This document shows, one piece after another, positions 35,934 through 36,749 of a stretch of DNA of 36,749 bases. The DNA lies in contig NZ_JBNHER010000060.1 of NCBI RefSeq assembly GCF_050015975.1, positions 1-36,749 on the forward strand. Reading direction: 5' to 3'. This stretch comes from Dapis sp. BLCC M126 (lineage in GTDB: Bacteria; Cyanobacteriota; Cyanobacteriia; Cyanobacteriales; Microcoleaceae). Position numbers and translations under genes: made by a program. Position 1 is the first letter of the stretch. Each line of letters starts with the position of its first letter. Under the pieces are notes generated by a model that was not told the DNA's origin, searched no databases, and saw only the letters and a program-made list of their open reading frames with translations.

Positions 35934-36749
35934 ATGAAAAAAAGAGCGATCGCCACCTGGAAATTTATAGTCATACTTACTTGTTTATCAATAATTAGCT
36001 GCAGCCCAAATACCAATAATTCATCTTCTCAGTCTACTGCTTCCAGAATAAATTTAACAGTTTCAGCAGCAGCTAGTCTCAAAGATGTAATGACAGAAAT
36101 TAAACCTATTTATGAACAAGAAAAAACCAATGTTTCTTTAACATTAAATTTAGCTTCCTCCGGTTCTCTACGACAACAAATTGAACAAGGTGCGCCAGTA
36201 GATTTATTTATCTCTGCATCTCCTTCCCATATTAATATGTTGCAAGAAAAAGGTATCATTATAGATGAAAGCCCTCGCAACTTACTGAAAAATCAAATGG
36301 TATTAATAGTTCCTCAAGAAAATACTGCTTCAGTTAACACTTTTCAAGATTTAACAAAAGACCCTATTAGCAAAATATCTATTGGGGAACCAAAAAGCGT
36401 TCCTGCGGGAAGATATGGTAAAGAAGTTTTAACTTCTCTCGGTATTTATGAAGCAGTAGAACCAAAAATAGTTTTTGCAAAAAATGTGCGTCAAATAGTA
36501 AATTATGTAGCAACAGGAAATATTGATGCTGGCATTGTTTATCGAACAGATACTAATGCTTCAGAGGAAGTAAAAATTGTTGCTAATGCACCGGAAAAAT
36601 CTCATACACCAGTAGTTTATCCCATTGCAATAATTAAAGATAGTAAAAATATTGAAGCAGCTAAACAACTAGAAGAATTTATGTTTACTCCAGAGGTAAA
36701 AGCTGTATTTGAAAAATATGGTTTTATTACACTAGAAAAGAGGGATTAG
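35934..36749 (+). CDS. modA: Molybdate ABC transporter substrate-binding lipoprotein ModA
   Basis: 271-aa ORF with a signal peptide and lipobox-like IISC. ModA blocks are present: LTVSAAASLKDVM, ASSGSLRQQIEQGAPVDLFISA, GEPKSVPAGRYGKEVL. The stop codon falls at the last bases of the window. Confidence 0.9.
   Translation: MKKRAIATWKFIVILTCLSIISCSPNTNNSSSQSTASRINLTVSAAASLKDVMTEIKPIYEQEKTNVSLTLNLASSGSLRQQIEQGAPVDLFISASPSHINMLQEKGIIIDESPRNLLKNQMVLIVPQENTASVNTFQDLTKDPISKISIGEPKSVPAGRYGKEVLTSLGIYEAVEPKIVFAKNVRQIVNYVATGNIDAGIVYRTDTNASEEVKIVANAPEKSHTPVVYPIAIIKDSKNIEAAKQLEEFMFTPEVKAVFEKYGFITLEKRD

Overview
The window comes from a filamentous, heterocyst-type cyanobacterium. Evidence is the many HIP1 GCGATCGC sites, STRR-like heptamer arrays, and hesA/hesB/fdxH next to nif genes. 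By eye the DNA is AT-rich.

Layout:
- 1-12.3 kb is a mixed housekeeping/accessory stretch. It holds an S4-domain protein, a membrane coiled-coil protein, DUF433, a trypsin-like protease fused to GUN4, an antitoxin plus a decayed doc toxin, a large VIT-vWA protein and a methyltransferase. It is heavily peppered with MITE-like elements.
- 12.4-13.9 kb is chlB (the DPOR B subunit).
- 14.9-35.5 kb is the main Mo-nitrogenase cluster. On the minus strand: cysE, an Asr1405-like gene, DUF2949, a 620-bp gap, nifZ, nifT. On the plus strand: nifB, a decayed fdxN remnant, nifS, nifU, nifH, nifD, nifK, one fused nifE-nifN ORF, nifX, DUF269, nifW, hesA, hesB, fdxH.
- 35.6-36.7 kb carries mop (minus) and modA (plus).

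nifD is contiguous, and no excision element or recombinase is present.

Most notable observations:
1. The 1.7-kb cysE/nifB divergent intergenic region contains a mirror-image duplicated upstream module with 7 exact TGAGTACA octamers and a shared GTA-N8-TAC 14-mer.
2. nifE and nifN form a single 935-aa ORF.
3. fdxN is reduced to frame-broken remnants.
4. nifV is missing from its expected slot.
5. Two MITE families share termini and 3-bp T(A/G)A target duplications. One copy sits exactly in the ATGA overlap of a toxin-antitoxin pair, and one is nested inside another MITE.
6. A DUF433 gene is followed by a serine protease-GUN4 fusion.

No tRNA, rRNA or CRISPR was recognised. All homology statements come from motif recognition by eye, not database searches.
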